DNA of 64,000 nucleotides from the NCBI GenBank assembly GCA_964016885.1, contig OZ024741.1:184574001-184638000 (forward strand). The letters run 5' to 3'. Each line of letters starts with the position of its first letter. Position 1 is the first letter of the stretch. Under the pieces are notes generated by a model, which was given only the letters and a program-made list of their open reading frames with translations, was not told the DNA's origin and did not search any database. This DNA comes from Eledone cirrhosa (lineage: Eukaryota). The translations under genes and the position numbers were made by a program. Positions 12,895 through 26,563 of the stretch are shown piece after piece.

Positions 12895-13505
12895 GTTACC
12901 AGGTCACCAGTTGGTGCTACTGGTAACATGTATCCCAGTACAACCTGTCCCATGGTCGGGTCGTTGGCGACTAAACTGGCAACCCCACCAAGGTTTCTTG
13001 GTGAGGAGGGTGACTTTGGACATCCTGCAGGACTAAAAACAAAACCTGTCAAAGGGTAAAGGAGCTCTTAAGAGTCAATGGCCATCCAAAATCACCGGGA
13101 GAGATGACCCCTTAGCCTTTGTCAAAGCAGAATTCTAGGAGAAGGAAAACTCTGATATAATACCTGCAACCCTGATGGTATCCAATGATGTTGACTTGTT
13201 CTTCTTTTTGGTAAATATCATCTTGGTTAAGAGAGTGGGACTGGTTTTGTGCAGTGCCTTTGCTCACTATAAAAGCTTCACGGCACAGGCATTGCTTTAT
13301 ATGTGGAGATCTCTCTGTACTTGTCGTCAATGGTACCATGGTCCTAGCACTATGTGTCAATAATTATCACAAGTGTAGTGTTTGTACCAGAGTTTTCAAG
13401 TCGCTGGCTGGACTAAAAAGTCACACCCGTTCAGCGCATCGGTAGGGGTTCTCCTACATGGATATAAAGTAGTAGCCGTACTCGAAAACGAGTTGGCAGC
13501 CACCA
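12895..13505 (+). mobile_element. Non-autonomous bipartite RTE-derived element (5'UTR-like part and 3' C2H2-coding end) between (TATG)n tracts
   Basis: Contains TAGGAGAAGGAAAACTCTGA (RTE-5'UTR-like, from recall) and CSVCTRVFKSLAGLKSHTRSAH. A second diverged copy lies at 28640-28900 (-). Confidence 0.6.
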
Positions 13506-13763
13506 TGTATGTATGTATGTATGTATGTATGTATGTATGTATGTATGTATGTATGTATGTATGTATGTTCTTCTGGTTCTATAATTTCACAAATGTATTG
13601 CCAATAAAGAGACAGAGTCGGTTTCTAACATAGAAACAAGAGTCTCTCATTGGAATTTACACAACATCAACTAGGTAGATATGTATGCATGTCTGCATGC
13701 ATGCATGTGTAGATATGGATATGGATGTTTTGAGTTGTATGTGTGCAGGTGTATATGCAGTTA

Positions 13764-14795
13764 TTAGATGCAAAATTTTTGGAATGTTTTACATATTTTT
13801 ACTGTTCCATTAATGGATTGTACTTGTAATGTCCTAACTAGTTGTGTTCTTTCTGTTTCTGTGAAGCCTAGCTTCTGAAGATTTGTATTGAGGCAGTTAC
13901 TAACATACCCCAGTGCCCCAATAATCACAGGCATAAATCTGAAGTTATAGTCAGGGTGGAGTATCTGTAGATTTCTCATTAGTTCTGCATAAATATTTTC
14001 CTTTTCGCTAATTTTTGATATTATAATGGCATCTGCTGGGCAGCTAACTTCTACTGCTGTGCATGCCTTCTTTTCCCTGTCCCATATCATAATATCTGGT
14101 CTGTTATGCCTGCATTTTATTGGGGCTTTTACTGGAACATTCCACCAGTACTCTTTCATATTATGTACATGGATGTCTTCCAAATTGCTGTAGCTTTTAA
14201 TGTGTTTATTATCGGGGCTGTCTTTTCTACGGATTGCATTGTACAGTGTTTTGGTCACTACATCATGCCTCATAGGTAGATAGTACCGCGATACGATCTT
14301 TGGACAGCTTCTGATGACATGGGTGATATCTTCGGTGTTAGCTCTGCAGAGTCTGCACTTGTTATCACATCTATGTGTTTTGCCTGCATCCATATCTCCT
14401 TTGTGAATAAGGTATTTCGTGTTAATTTCCTGTTCTTGGATTGCAAAAGCGTATCCTTCAAAGTGGGAGCCAATATAGCGGTTGTTCGTCCAAGATAGAC
14501 TACTTTCCTTATCTATATTACTCTCACTCTGGAGCTTCCTGGCAACATATCCATGCATGATATTTTGCTGATAAGCATGCAGTTTTTCATCCATGGATTC
14601 ACTGCGATACTGCTGAGCGACTTCCCTGGGTGTGAGTTTTTGATTATCACACAGGGAATATCTCTCGAGGAATTCCTTCCCAACTCTCATGATCTTATCT
14701 GTTTCATGCAGATAGACTTGCTCGAGAGACGCGCCCCTAAAATTCGAGGTTCGTAGATGTCGTCGGAGGGATATGATGCGACATTCAAATGCTGT
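13764..14795 (-). mobile_element. R4/Dong-like non-LTR retrotransposon 3' portion (CCHC knuckle and restriction-like endonuclease), 5' truncated
   Basis: Uninterrupted ORF with AIQEQEINTK, CRLC..EDITHV..C, RHD, NRPDIMIWD, EVSCP, KENIY and PVIIGALG. Confidence 0.9.
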
Positions 14796-14899
14796 GTATG
14801 TATCAATGTATATGTGTACATACACAGCATTTGAATGTATCTTTGTATGTATCTATATATATGTGTGTATACATGTATGTATGAATGTGTTTGTCTGAC

Positions 14900-14939
<40 letters not shown>

Positions 14940-14946
14940 TCTTTAT

Positions 14947-14981
<35 letters not shown>

Positions 14982-14993
14982 CATATATATATA

Positions 14994-15034
14994 CGTTGCT
15001 GACGCTAGCTAATAAGCTTGAAACTAGTACACCG
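14994..15034 (+). ncRNA. Degenerate hammerhead directly after (TA)n
   Basis: CGTTG-CTGACGC-TAGCT AATA AGCTT-GAAA-CTAG-TA-CACCG. Confidence 0.5.
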
Positions 15035-15296
15035 TTCCTTTGTCACTGTTGAACAAACGAGCAACGATGGTTGCTAGATACTACGGCTTAATACGGGATG
15101 TTTTTTTACAAACACACCGAGCATTATAATAAATGTTCGGTGAATCCATACGTACATATATATATGTGTGCATGTATGTATATATATATACATACTACTG
15201 TACGTCTGTATACATATATGTATGTACGTGTAAATAATTATATTTAAGTAACAGCCGTACTAAGAGTGGGAAATGAAATTTTGTTTCATTTTTTCC

Positions 15297-15344
<48 letters not shown>

Positions 15345-15560
15345 TATACAGTATATACATATATCCATATATATTCATATATTATGTAAATATATATATA
15401 TGTGTGTGTAGGCCCGCTCGCCTGTGTGTTTGTGTGTGATGGAGAAAGAAAGTAATCGAGAGATAGATAGATAGATAAATAGATAGATAGATAAATTGAT
15501 AGATAGACATGATATATCTAACGGCAATACTCTCTCTCTCTATATATATATATATATACT

Positions 15561-15593
<33 letters not shown>

Positions 15594-17098
15594 TCTCTGT
15601 CTCTCCCTCACACCCACTCACACACACACATCACGCAAGTAAAATTCTCACAGCTGTGTAGTAGAGTTTACCAATTTTCATGAGACACGACATTCAAGTT
15701 GAATGCTTGACATTGACACGTGTTGGAATCCATTTTGTCACGTCATTGTAAACACTCACTTGGCAGTGTGTGGACGAAAGACATGGAGAAGTGGTTTGGA
15801 TTGGTCAATTAAGGTTAATAGTATAGTAATTGGATGCTTTAAAAGGGAGCGGTTTTTAAGTGACCTATTCCTGTTTACTACTTAGTACTCTCGACCTTAA
15901 CTATTTTAGTTCATGCTGGTGGTGGTGGTGGTGGGATGGGAGAGTGGGGTTGGTGATAATGGTTCTGTGCAGTTGTTATTGCCTTGTAGGGACTTGGTGA
16001 TGTTGTTCATGTTATAAATGTTGATTAGTCCACGTCCAACCGCACTCGTATCTACTACATATAAGACGCATCAATTATAACCTTATTACCGTTTTCTATA
16101 TCAGAGACTATATTATCTAATGTGTCTTTGTTTTTAAGGTGTTAAGATGTGATTTGAAATATATTTTACAGCTATTTCTAGCAAGATGAGCAAGGTGGTA
16201 TCTCTTCTCGATACTGTTTGTGTGTGGTGGTAGTTAATCGTTTCTTATGTTGATGCCGTTGTGATGATGGTGGTGGTTATTGCTTCTGTCGTAATTGTTG
16301 GCGCTGTGGTGGTAGTGTTGGAAGTAGTTAATGTTGTTTACATGGTTGATGTTTCTAGGAGTTTTATTTTCGTTTCCAAATATTTAATATATAAAAATAA
16401 ATATTCCTTATATATACTGAGATGCTTTCTTGGTCATTGATCAGTTGAAGCGTTTAGCAGCTCTCACTTGCTGTAACTAGCTCATATTTAACAACGAAAC
16501 TAGGGAGCCAGTATTCGTTTCCTTGATCTGCTAGAAATGGCATAAAACACCCTACCGTCTTAGAAAAGGTTGCGAAGTTTAATCCGATTCTGGATTCCCT
16601 GCACACGAGAAAAAGAAGGAATGGCCACGACTGCAATATCTTTGAACATAGATCTGTAATATCAAGGATGACCTGGATATCAAAGCATACTTTTACCGCA
16701 GATTGAACATTAAATATAAATATTTCTCGAAATACAAAAAAAAATATATATATATATATATATCACCGAGAAGAATCTCATAAAGAGCACTCAAACGAAA
16801 GTGAAATATATATATATATATATATATACTATATTGGGTTTAATTTATACATATAATATATATATTAATTATGTTTCCCAAGAAAAAAATGGTCAATGAA
16901 CATTAAGCTCAGAGCATCTATTATACAAATTTAAATGATATATAAAACATTTATGTTTCATATATCAAATTGAGAAACTACTAGTATTATTATGTGTGTA
17001 TATGGAAAGAAATAATAAATATTCTTATTTAAAGATAGAAAAATTCCATCGCCTATATATATAATTATTAAAAGTCGTACTTCAACGAATCCATACCA

Positions 17099-17139
<41 letters not shown>

Positions 17140-17145
<6 letters not shown>

Positions 17146-18100
17146 TATAAGCAAGAACAATATAAATATCGGCGTGAAAGGAATTTATTTGCTTTGACAT
17201 ATGTTTCTGTGACTATTATAATCGTCTACGTATGCTGACTTTGATATATATTGCTCAACCATATACAATACTTAATTATTTATCACACTTCATCAGAAAG
17301 CCTATGATAGTGGAAGTGACTATTCACTACGCGATAGAATTCAAAAATGGAATTTGCTTTTACAAAAATGTAAAGTAGTTAAAATGACAATAAAAATAGA
17401 ATAAAATACAGTCAGTTAGTATGAGAGTAAGGAAGAGCGGGATTGGGTGTAAAGATTTTCACATTATCAATCTGTGTGCAGTGATGTGGAACAATTATTT
17501 CTTGACCATTGGTATGGGTGAAGGTTTTGATGTTTACCATGTATGGTCGAGAGGGTAAAGATGGTATAAAAAGGACAGAAAAGGAGAGGGTAGAAATTGG
17601 GAGCAGGGTAGAATGGGCAGGAAGTCAATAAATTACGAAAATGAGATTGTTTTCAATATTACTGAATTCTGAATTTAGAAGGTCCTTTCCGGTCGCTATT
17701 TCAATTACCTCCGCCAGACATAATTCGTAGGGGCGTCTTTCATTACGGTGTGGACAGGTGAATTTCCACACGGACCATTGTAGTGTGTATTCAATATTAG
17801 TGCGCTTCAGATCCCAGATTTCTTTCACCAAGGCCATAGATCTAGCTAAACTGGTGTTTTTAAACATGTGGGTGTGCACATACTATCTTTTCTTGAAAAT
17901 ATTCGAGGTGGCACCGACATATTTATATATTCCCAATTAGATTTGACCACACATTGGTAAATGATGTTTTTGTACAAACATTTACCCGATAACGGACAAT
18001 TGCTGGGATTTCTACAGTTGCAGTTTGTCTGTATGTAGTGTGTGGTTTCATCTCCGATTCCTGTGTTGGGAGTGTTATTCCAGGTATTCTGACTACAATA
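17140..18100 (-). mobile_element. Penelope-like element 3' remnant (GIY-YIG and tail with hammerhead)
   Basis: Minus strand reads CNCRNPSNCP, KYVGATSNIFKKR and ALVKEIWDLKRTNIEYTLQW...ELCLAE (ORF 17625-17879). A hammerhead lies downstream at 17191-17301. Confidence 0.85.
17191..17301 (-). ncRNA. Type I hammerhead ribozyme with long stem II insert
   Basis: GCTTT-CTGATGA-AG-TGTGAT...GTCACA-GAAA-CATATG-TC-AAAGC (GUC cleavage triplet). Confidence 0.75.
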
Positions 18101-19310
18101 TATATTGTAGTCAGCATATGTAGACGGTTATAGCAGATACAGAAACATATGTTAAAGCAAATAAATTCATAATCTCCTTTGAAGCCGATGTTTATATTTT
18201 TCTTGGTGCAATACTTGCTTATATCAATATACTCCGTGATCTCTTGTGGACCTATATACCATATTTCCCTACTTCGGTATTTATGCTATACGGTTCAAAG
18301 GATACCGTCGATTCAAACTCTCTGGTAAGCAGTTTTCTTGTTTAAGCATTTATTCCTGATATTCATAAACAAAACGTTATTTACCTTCCTTCACACACAT
18401 ATATATATATATATATACTAAAATTAAATGAGAACAGTCACTAATTCTGGGATTATAAACAAGATAGACGAAATCAAATTTCTGTCTAACTTCGCTTATA
18501 TATAGATCTCCCTATCATAGTTTCATATGGGGCAGAATTATTATTGGAACTACCAATAGTTAAAAAAAACCCGCCATACTCTTCAAATCTAAGAGAAATA
18601 GAAAAAGATATAATACATACTGTTTCCAAAGCCGAGGCAGCATGGTGATATAACACGTGTAGTTTTACGTTCTCAAATCTTTTAAGATGTTATGACTACT
18701 CTACAGGCTTATAATATCACTAGAAATAGCAACCAAAAGACTGTCTGTTGCAGATTTATATATATATATACATATTGTCACAATATTGAAGGTCATGCTA
18801 CTAATAAAAAGTATATTGGTTTTATCCCATGCGTCATATGCGTTTCATCTCGGTTTTATTTTAACTACATGAATAATCCATTCCTTGGTTAGTTTAGTAA
18901 CCAGATAGTTATTGTGAATTGATAAAGCTCTTGAACATAATGTATGACCTTCTAAATGCTTATTTTTACCCACCGTGTCTCCTGTTCAATTTGATTTTGT
19001 CTTACTTACTCCAGAGTGTCTTTCTATGGTGTGTGTATGTGTGTGTGTATGTGTGTGTGTGTGAGTGTGTATGTGTGTTTGCGTGCATCTATGTGTTTGT
19101 GTGAGTATATAATTAATTACAGATGTGAAGCCACACCAGTGAGACGATTCCAGTGCCAGCAGTTTTGCGCCTAAGGACATTTGTTCATACTGGCTGTACT
19201 GAAATATGTGTCAGTCTAACGAAGCATTGAGTTTTGTTTCACCCGCTCATGCTGCCGACACTATATAAAATGCGCATACATACACGGTCACGCAAATCTA
19301 CAACCTTTCC

Positions 19311-19470
<160 letters not shown>

Positions 19471-20075
19471 TCTGGACGGATGAGAGATTCAAACTGCCAG
19501 AAAAGACAACATTCATACACACATAAAAGCACGTGCGCTCACACAGGCACACATAGATACACACGTGTATATGCATTCACATACTCACGCAACCACACAC
19601 ACGCACACACAACTAAAAACACACTCAGGCATACTCATACACACACTCACACATTAGCCTGACACTGACCAGTGTCCAGGGAGTAATTTAAGCAATGGAG
19701 ACATAATTACGTTTTTTAAAATGCAGATATCCATGTGGTGTGCAGAGAAGCATAGAAGATAAGACAAGATGAGGTATTATAGTTATATTCACGGAAGCAT
19801 GGAAACATTGAAACACTGAAACATTGGGACATATTGTTGTGAAAACTTCATAGATTCCATAAAATCTCTCGACTGGAAGACGGATTTTATAAATCGACTT
19901 CTAATTTCACTGGAGAAACTCACGTGGTTTCCGGTAAAAAATTTCCCGGTCCAGTACGTCGGTCATCACTAAGGTGTCACTGACTGCAACAGACTGAGGA
20001 TACAGATTTCTTGTTATTTATCGCAAGATGGAGGGTACAACAACAAACCAGAATAACATCTAGCAGTAGAGCTAT

Positions 20076-20292
20076 TAATGGTTTCTTATTTAAGCAAAAG
20101 GCCACCAATTTGAGAGAAGGGGAAAGTTGATATAATTCGACATCAGTACTTGACTGATACAATATTTTATCGACTATGGGAGAATAAGAGGCAAAACTGA
20201 CAACGGCAGGTTTTGATTTCAGAACGGAAATCGCCGGAACAAATACCGCAAAGCATTTGTCGACGCTCTAACGATTCTGCCAATCTACCACG
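20076..20292 (-). mobile_element. SINE A, older and longer subfamily
   Basis: Diverged match including GATTCTGCCAAT head and TTTTATCGAC core. Confidence 0.7.
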
Positions 20293-21767
20293 CTCTACAA
20301 TTTCTATTAATATCAAGATATATAACAATGTGAGGCGATGAAAATAAACACTACATGGTTGCTAGACGTGCTACAAATAGCAGTTAAATCTTGTTGAAAT
20401 CATATATTAAACAATCCTTTTAAAAATGGTTAATTTGATATGTGATCATGAGTTACCTGCACATGGGAAAAAAACCGGATGATTAGGGCTAGATGATTTT
20501 AAATCAAAGTTCTACTCAAACAGTATTGACTGTGGATATCCAACAACAACCACAAACCAGTGGATGCTAAAAATATATATATAAGAGGTGTTCATAATAG
20601 AGAGGCTATTACTAGAACAAAAGTCTTATAAGGCTTGTCCGGTGGCATTTCTTTTAGCTTAAGCTTCAAAAGGCAAACCCCCCTCCTAATGAAATCCACT
20701 CAACAACACATTCCATTAGCCAGGATGTTTGTGTAATCCCGTTCTCGGCTGAACAGTCGTTTCGGTTCCCACACTTTAAAAACGGACTTTCTGTCCTCCA
20801 TTTAAATCTACGATGCCACAGCCAGAGAAGAATGTTGAGGAAATCCCGCCCGTATCTGGCCGGTAACATCTGGCCTCCTCCAGTAGTTTCTACCTCTTAA
20901 TTGTGAAGATATATCATATCAGTTGCTAATTGTTAACATTTGTTCCCTTCTGGACACTCTTTGGGGTTTTATGCAACCTTTTTGCGTCGATTTCACGCCT
21001 CGCAAGACAGGAAGCAGGCACATCGTCAGTCTTTTCGACGCCAGATGGAGCCTGCAATCTATTTTTCGAACGGACTCATTAACTTGAAGGCCGATTACAT
21101 CTCTTGTTACTCAGTGCGAAGGATGATGTAGAATGATTGCTTTTATTGAATCAGACTATAATGCAATGTTGGTTGTCTCATTCACCATAGTCATGAATTT
21201 TGATTATTTTCGCAGACCCGATAAAATAAGTTATGTTAACATAACTCGAATTGTAACTACTGCACTGGGTTTTGAGAGCTCTCTTGGGAGCAAACGGTGT
21301 CACCCATTGCTTCATCTCCCCCTAGTGACTTACCGCTATTTGGTCCGGAATTGCTTATTTGCCCAGCAGTCACGACAGTAAGTGGAAACCGATCGTATAC
21401 ACACATACACACACATACCCCCCCCCCCACATATATATATATATAACAAAGAACAAAGAAGGTTAGTAAGATACCATAACGTACGAGAGAACTCGATACT
21501 TAGGGTAGTAGAGTGGGTAATAGGAAAGGAGTCAGGACCCCGGCGGCTGAGCTCCGGCCGTTTCGACAGCTAGATCCAAACTCGCCGTCGGGGTCCTGAC
21601 TCTTTTCCTATATATATAGTTTCAGAAGTTAAGGGTGAAAGCAGCGATTCTTTGCTTAAACTTTAATCTGTTATTTTAATAAATATTTGCTCTAGGGTTC
21701 TTATATATTTGATATATATTTATCCTTATCGAGCCCTCTTTGGATTTTAGTCTTCACATTTATTATT

Positions 21768-21824
<57 letters not shown>

Positions 21825-21828
<4 letters not shown>

Positions 21829-22350
21829 TAAAGTTAGTCCTTCATCAGTGATCTTCCAACCTTCATTGGTATTTCATCGCTTTAAAGACCATATACCTCC
21901 GGTTAGTGCGAGAAACGGCTAAAGAAAGTCGTTGGGACACGTAAATAAGGGGGACGAGCGAGACTGTAAACAATCAAAGATGGTAATGCAACGAAAAGTG
22001 AGGAAGAAGGAGTCAAATCCCAGATTTCTATGAATATAAGTTCGGTGAAATCGTGGACGAGAGAGAATAAAGACCATCAAACCTAGTCGAAATGTGAGCA
22101 AGGAAGGAATTCCGCACAGGTCAAACGGGAGGAAGAAGGAGACTAGTCCCTGAATTCGGTGAACATAAGTTCTGTTAAATCGTAGACCAGAGAGCAAAAA
22201 AAAGGAACAACCAACCTGGTCAAGTGTGCGCGAGAAAAGAATTACCCATAGGTCAAACGGGGGGAAGTAGGAGAGGGAGTAGGAGAGAGTGAGTGGGTGA
22301 AGGGTGAGGAAGAGGCTAACAGAGAGAGTGACTGTTAGAGAGGGTAAAGG
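21825..22350. repeat. Dispersed repeat between (TA)n tracts with an internal duplication of about 120 bp; related copy at 52685-53180
   Basis: TAGTCCTTCATCAGTGAT.TTCCAACCTTCATTGGTATTTCATCGCTTTAAA.A.CATATACCTCC is near-identical in both copies. Confidence 0.8.
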
Positions 22351-22351
22351 G

Positions 22352-22511
<160 letters not shown>

Positions 22512-23112
22512 GCATGATGGCCTTCGGCATACTTTCTGTTGAGCTGTGTTGGTACTTAAGTTATTAAAATATCAACCGTCAATTTCCAGACTTATGTAAA
22601 TGTCATTATGCTTATTATATGCTTATTATATGCTTATTATATTTTGCGTACAATTTTCTATATGAAATTATAACCTTTTAAACTTTGGTGAAAAAAAACA
22701 AAAAAAAAACAGATGCAGTATTTAATCACTGACGGTTTTCTAAAGAAACGAAGTCAGGAGAAACGATCCCCAATTCCAGCGTCAGAAGCTCATCATCTAC
22801 CAAATTTAATTCAAATGCCATTAGTCAATTGCAGACTATAGAAGGAAATACTCGCCCAAATTGTCGCCTATTGAGATCGAATAACGGAACTCGGGTTACA
22901 AAGTGAATCTGCTGCCATATATATTAATGTTCTACTTGATTTCAAACGTTCAAATATTAGTTTGGAACAGGTATAATTGATTGAATCGTCCTTACTTATT
23001 CAATAGTACATATGTGTTCGACCAAAAATATTTGAAAAATAATGTTTAATACCTGAAATAGCGAAATGCTGTATATTAGCTCGTCTACCGATACTATATT
23101 TGGCTGCTTATA

Positions 23113-23252
23113 ATAATTTTAGCAACGGCACAAAATAAGTATTTTGGAAGAAGTGGTATGTCGATTGTATCGACCCCAGTACTCAAATGGTACTTGATAT
23201 TATCCACCACGGTTGGATAAAAAGCAAAGTTGATAACGATGGGATTTGAATC
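23113..23252 (-). mobile_element. SINE A degenerate fragment abutting (CTA)n
   Basis: TCGACCCCAGTAC..GGTACTT..AAAGTTGA..GGGATTTGAA. Confidence 0.6.
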
Positions 23253-23253
23253 C

Positions 23254-23327
<74 letters not shown>

Positions 23328-24505
23328 TACTACTGCTGTTGCTGCTGCTGCTGCTGCTGCTGCTATTGCTGCTACGTGCCAACAAGCAGCTTCATAAAAG
23401 TGCCAGCAAGCGAACAATGGAGCTTCGATTTGGCTGCTCTGTCTGTGGGAAATGACGGTCAAATCAGATTTAAATTAGACGACCGTACAGTAGTTTAAGA
23501 AATGTAGAAGAATATAATACATTTGATAATGTGGTCATACGATCACTGCGACTATAACATTTAAAATGGTCAAAATAGTCACGATATGAATGCCTTTTGA
23601 TCCTAGATCTACTTGATAGGAGCTTACCCGCTCAACTGGACGTGGTCTGCTCAAAGGCTAGACAATTTTAATGAGGAAACAGTCGATTATATCCAGTCTA
23701 GGAGCATGTAAGTCAAAGCTGACCTATGTAAAATTTCAACTCAAAATTCAAAGGACCGTAACTAAATTATGCAAATTACGTTGTCTAGGAGCTAAATATC
23801 TATAAGAACATGTCTCCCAGCATTTTCAGTAGCAGCATCACACAGAAACAACACCAGCAGCATAAACACCTAAATTATAGCGGCGCCATCACCACCTTAC
23901 CACAACCAGCGGCATTATCACCAACAATTTTGTCCCATAATACAAAAGTCATCACCGTCCCTCCCTTTCTGCAACCACCTCTTCAAAATGAAAATACCAA
24001 ATAAAAAAGACCATTAACTGCTGTTACATGTCTAATGTTTAGTAGCTTCACTGTTATTCATAGCTGTTGCAGGTCATTGGTGTAATTTTAGGATATTCAT
24101 CATAGAGACAGAACCGGCAGCGGTAAACCAATGTCTCAAATAATTTTAATGATAGTGTGAGAAACAAACGAAAATGCATTGGAAAGCAATGAAGGAAAAA
24201 GGAAAAAAATCACAAAACAAAACAAAACCAAAGACAAACGGACACGTCTAGTTTTTATTGTTCGAGTAATTTACTCGTCTTTGGTCAACCGAGTACTATA
24301 TATATTTTTAGTTTTACGTATTTTCCTACTGACATTTATGATATGCATACATATATCCAAGCATACATACACGTATACACAAACACAAACACACACACAC
24401 ACATACATGCACGCATACATACACACATGCACAAACAACCACACATACACATACACGCACACAGACACACAAACACACGCAAAAACACAGATATATGTAT
24501 ATATA

Positions 24506-24593
<88 letters not shown>

Positions 24594-25879
24594 ATACATA
24601 TATGTATATACACCCATAATGTATACGTGTTTTATGTAGAGAGAAGGATGTAATTTATACAGTGATTAAACATCTGATATAGGACTCAATGCGAAGTGTA
24701 GAGTAATTATAATATATATTTTGAACACAGTTGAAAGAGCCAATAAAAGCAAGACCAACCTTCCAAATATTTATATGCATATAAGTAGTATAGGAGCAGG
24801 CGAAACTCCATTGTAACAAGACTCACTATTTACCCATAAACATATTTATACATGTACATACACACACACATGTCTATATAATTCTACTTCCTGTAGAAGC
24901 CATTTTTATATTATATATATATAATATAGAAATGGCCTTTACAGGACTAGAACTGTTTCAATATTGTACGTCAATACTCATCTTTTTCTATTTCTTTGAG
25001 GGTTCTAAACCTCACTATCAGGCTAACATTTCTTTAGTAAAAAATACGGAATTGAGGTATACTATTGTACGACAATACATATCTTTTTCCAGTTCTTAGA
25101 GGGTTCTAAACCTCACTATTAGGCTAACATTTCTTTATATATATACAAGATAAATGATAATGAAAGCATGTTTTATTTTCCAAACATTTAAAAATTATCG
25201 TTTCATCCTACCACATGGCAGATATCATCAGAGTTATTGTAATATACTTTTACATTGGAAAAACAGTGTAGCGTTCACAGTACAGCCAGAAAAATTGAAT
25301 GGAAATGTTCTAAGGTGATCCCAGTAAACGATTCTTGGGATTTGCATTTATTTCTCTTGTTTTCGTGGTGCCTCCATTCTCATATCTGGTTTGGTATGGG
25401 GAGACCAAAAGAAACAACAGTATTATACATGAGACTCTAGATCCATGTAGCATTTCCAATTATATACACTAACAGAAAACCCACCTTTCGGGTGGTTTTC
25501 TACTAGCATGTATAATGTTCATATTGATATTATACGCAAGTATATATGCATGTAGATATGATACATCAAATAAAATCGTAATTGACTATATACACAGAAA
25601 TTGAACAAAGACTATGTTACACTGTCTTATGTAATCAGTAACGTAATTCATGTTACACTGAAAAACAGACGATATTATATATAAACTGCATTAGGAGAAA
25701 ATTAGTGACGGGAATATATAAATGTTTATATAAGCGATCGCTAACCGGAAGAGTTGACATTTGAAAATTTTGAAGAAGTGAATCTTAAAATAAGCAACAA
25801 TATTATTTATATTTAATCAAGAATAACGAAATTTAGTAGATAAATTATGTAATATGCATTCATTATTCATTCATTATTA

Positions 25880-26071
25880 GGGCGGTGGCTTGGCAGTATC
25901 GGTGGAGAGTCGGACGCCATGCTTTCCAGCATAGTTATGTCCCTTTACGGTCTGAGTTCAAATCCCGCCGAGGTTCACTTTGCCTTTCATCCTTATGGGG
26001 GCGATAAAATAAAGTACCAGTAATACACTGGATAATTGCTGGCCTTGTGCCAAAAGAAGAAACAATTATTT
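25880..26071 (+). mobile_element. SINE A full-length copy
   Basis: GGGCGGTGGCTTGGCAGTATCGG...GAGTTCAAATCCCGCCG...AACAATTATT. Confidence 0.9.
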
Positions 26072-26345
26072 ATTCAAAGTAATCCAACTTATTTTACAAA
26101 CGGGATAAAAAAATATATATTCTGGACGCAGCCCCGCACTCCTTACTTTATTATAGTTTAGATGTATATATTTTTCATATGACTTCTACGAGGCTACAAC
26201 TATGCTATTCGTATGCAAATATAAAAAATGTCCTTGATAATTCCATACGAACAGCTCTAGTCCCGTCAAATTTCTTTTGTAAAAAATACGGCAAAAGCTT
26301 CTATTTCTATTTACAAACTCGCTCGCTGTTCCAAAACAAACGTGC

Positions 26346-26444
<99 letters not shown>

Positions 26445-26445
26445 G

Positions 26446-26480
<35 letters not shown>

Positions 26481-26563
26481 AAAGGGTGAACAGAAATAAC
26501 AACACAATCGGTACAGTATATGGAAGGAATATATTAGGTCAACGCTTGAAATAGCAGGAAAGG

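Noticed and set aside
13380-13445. C2H2 zinc finger as a host gene exon
   Set aside because: It is a single finger of the LINE C-terminal type lying inside a dispersed repeat bounded by (TATG)n.
20620-21130. GC-richer stretch as a possible exon
   Set aside because: It has no coherent ORF. An NIWPP-like remnant suggests a decayed Tc1/mariner, but the evidence is too weak to annotate.
25880-25970. tRNA-like A/B boxes here and in other copies
   Set aside because: These are SINE heads. They have no proper cloverleaf and are always attached to the same body and tail.
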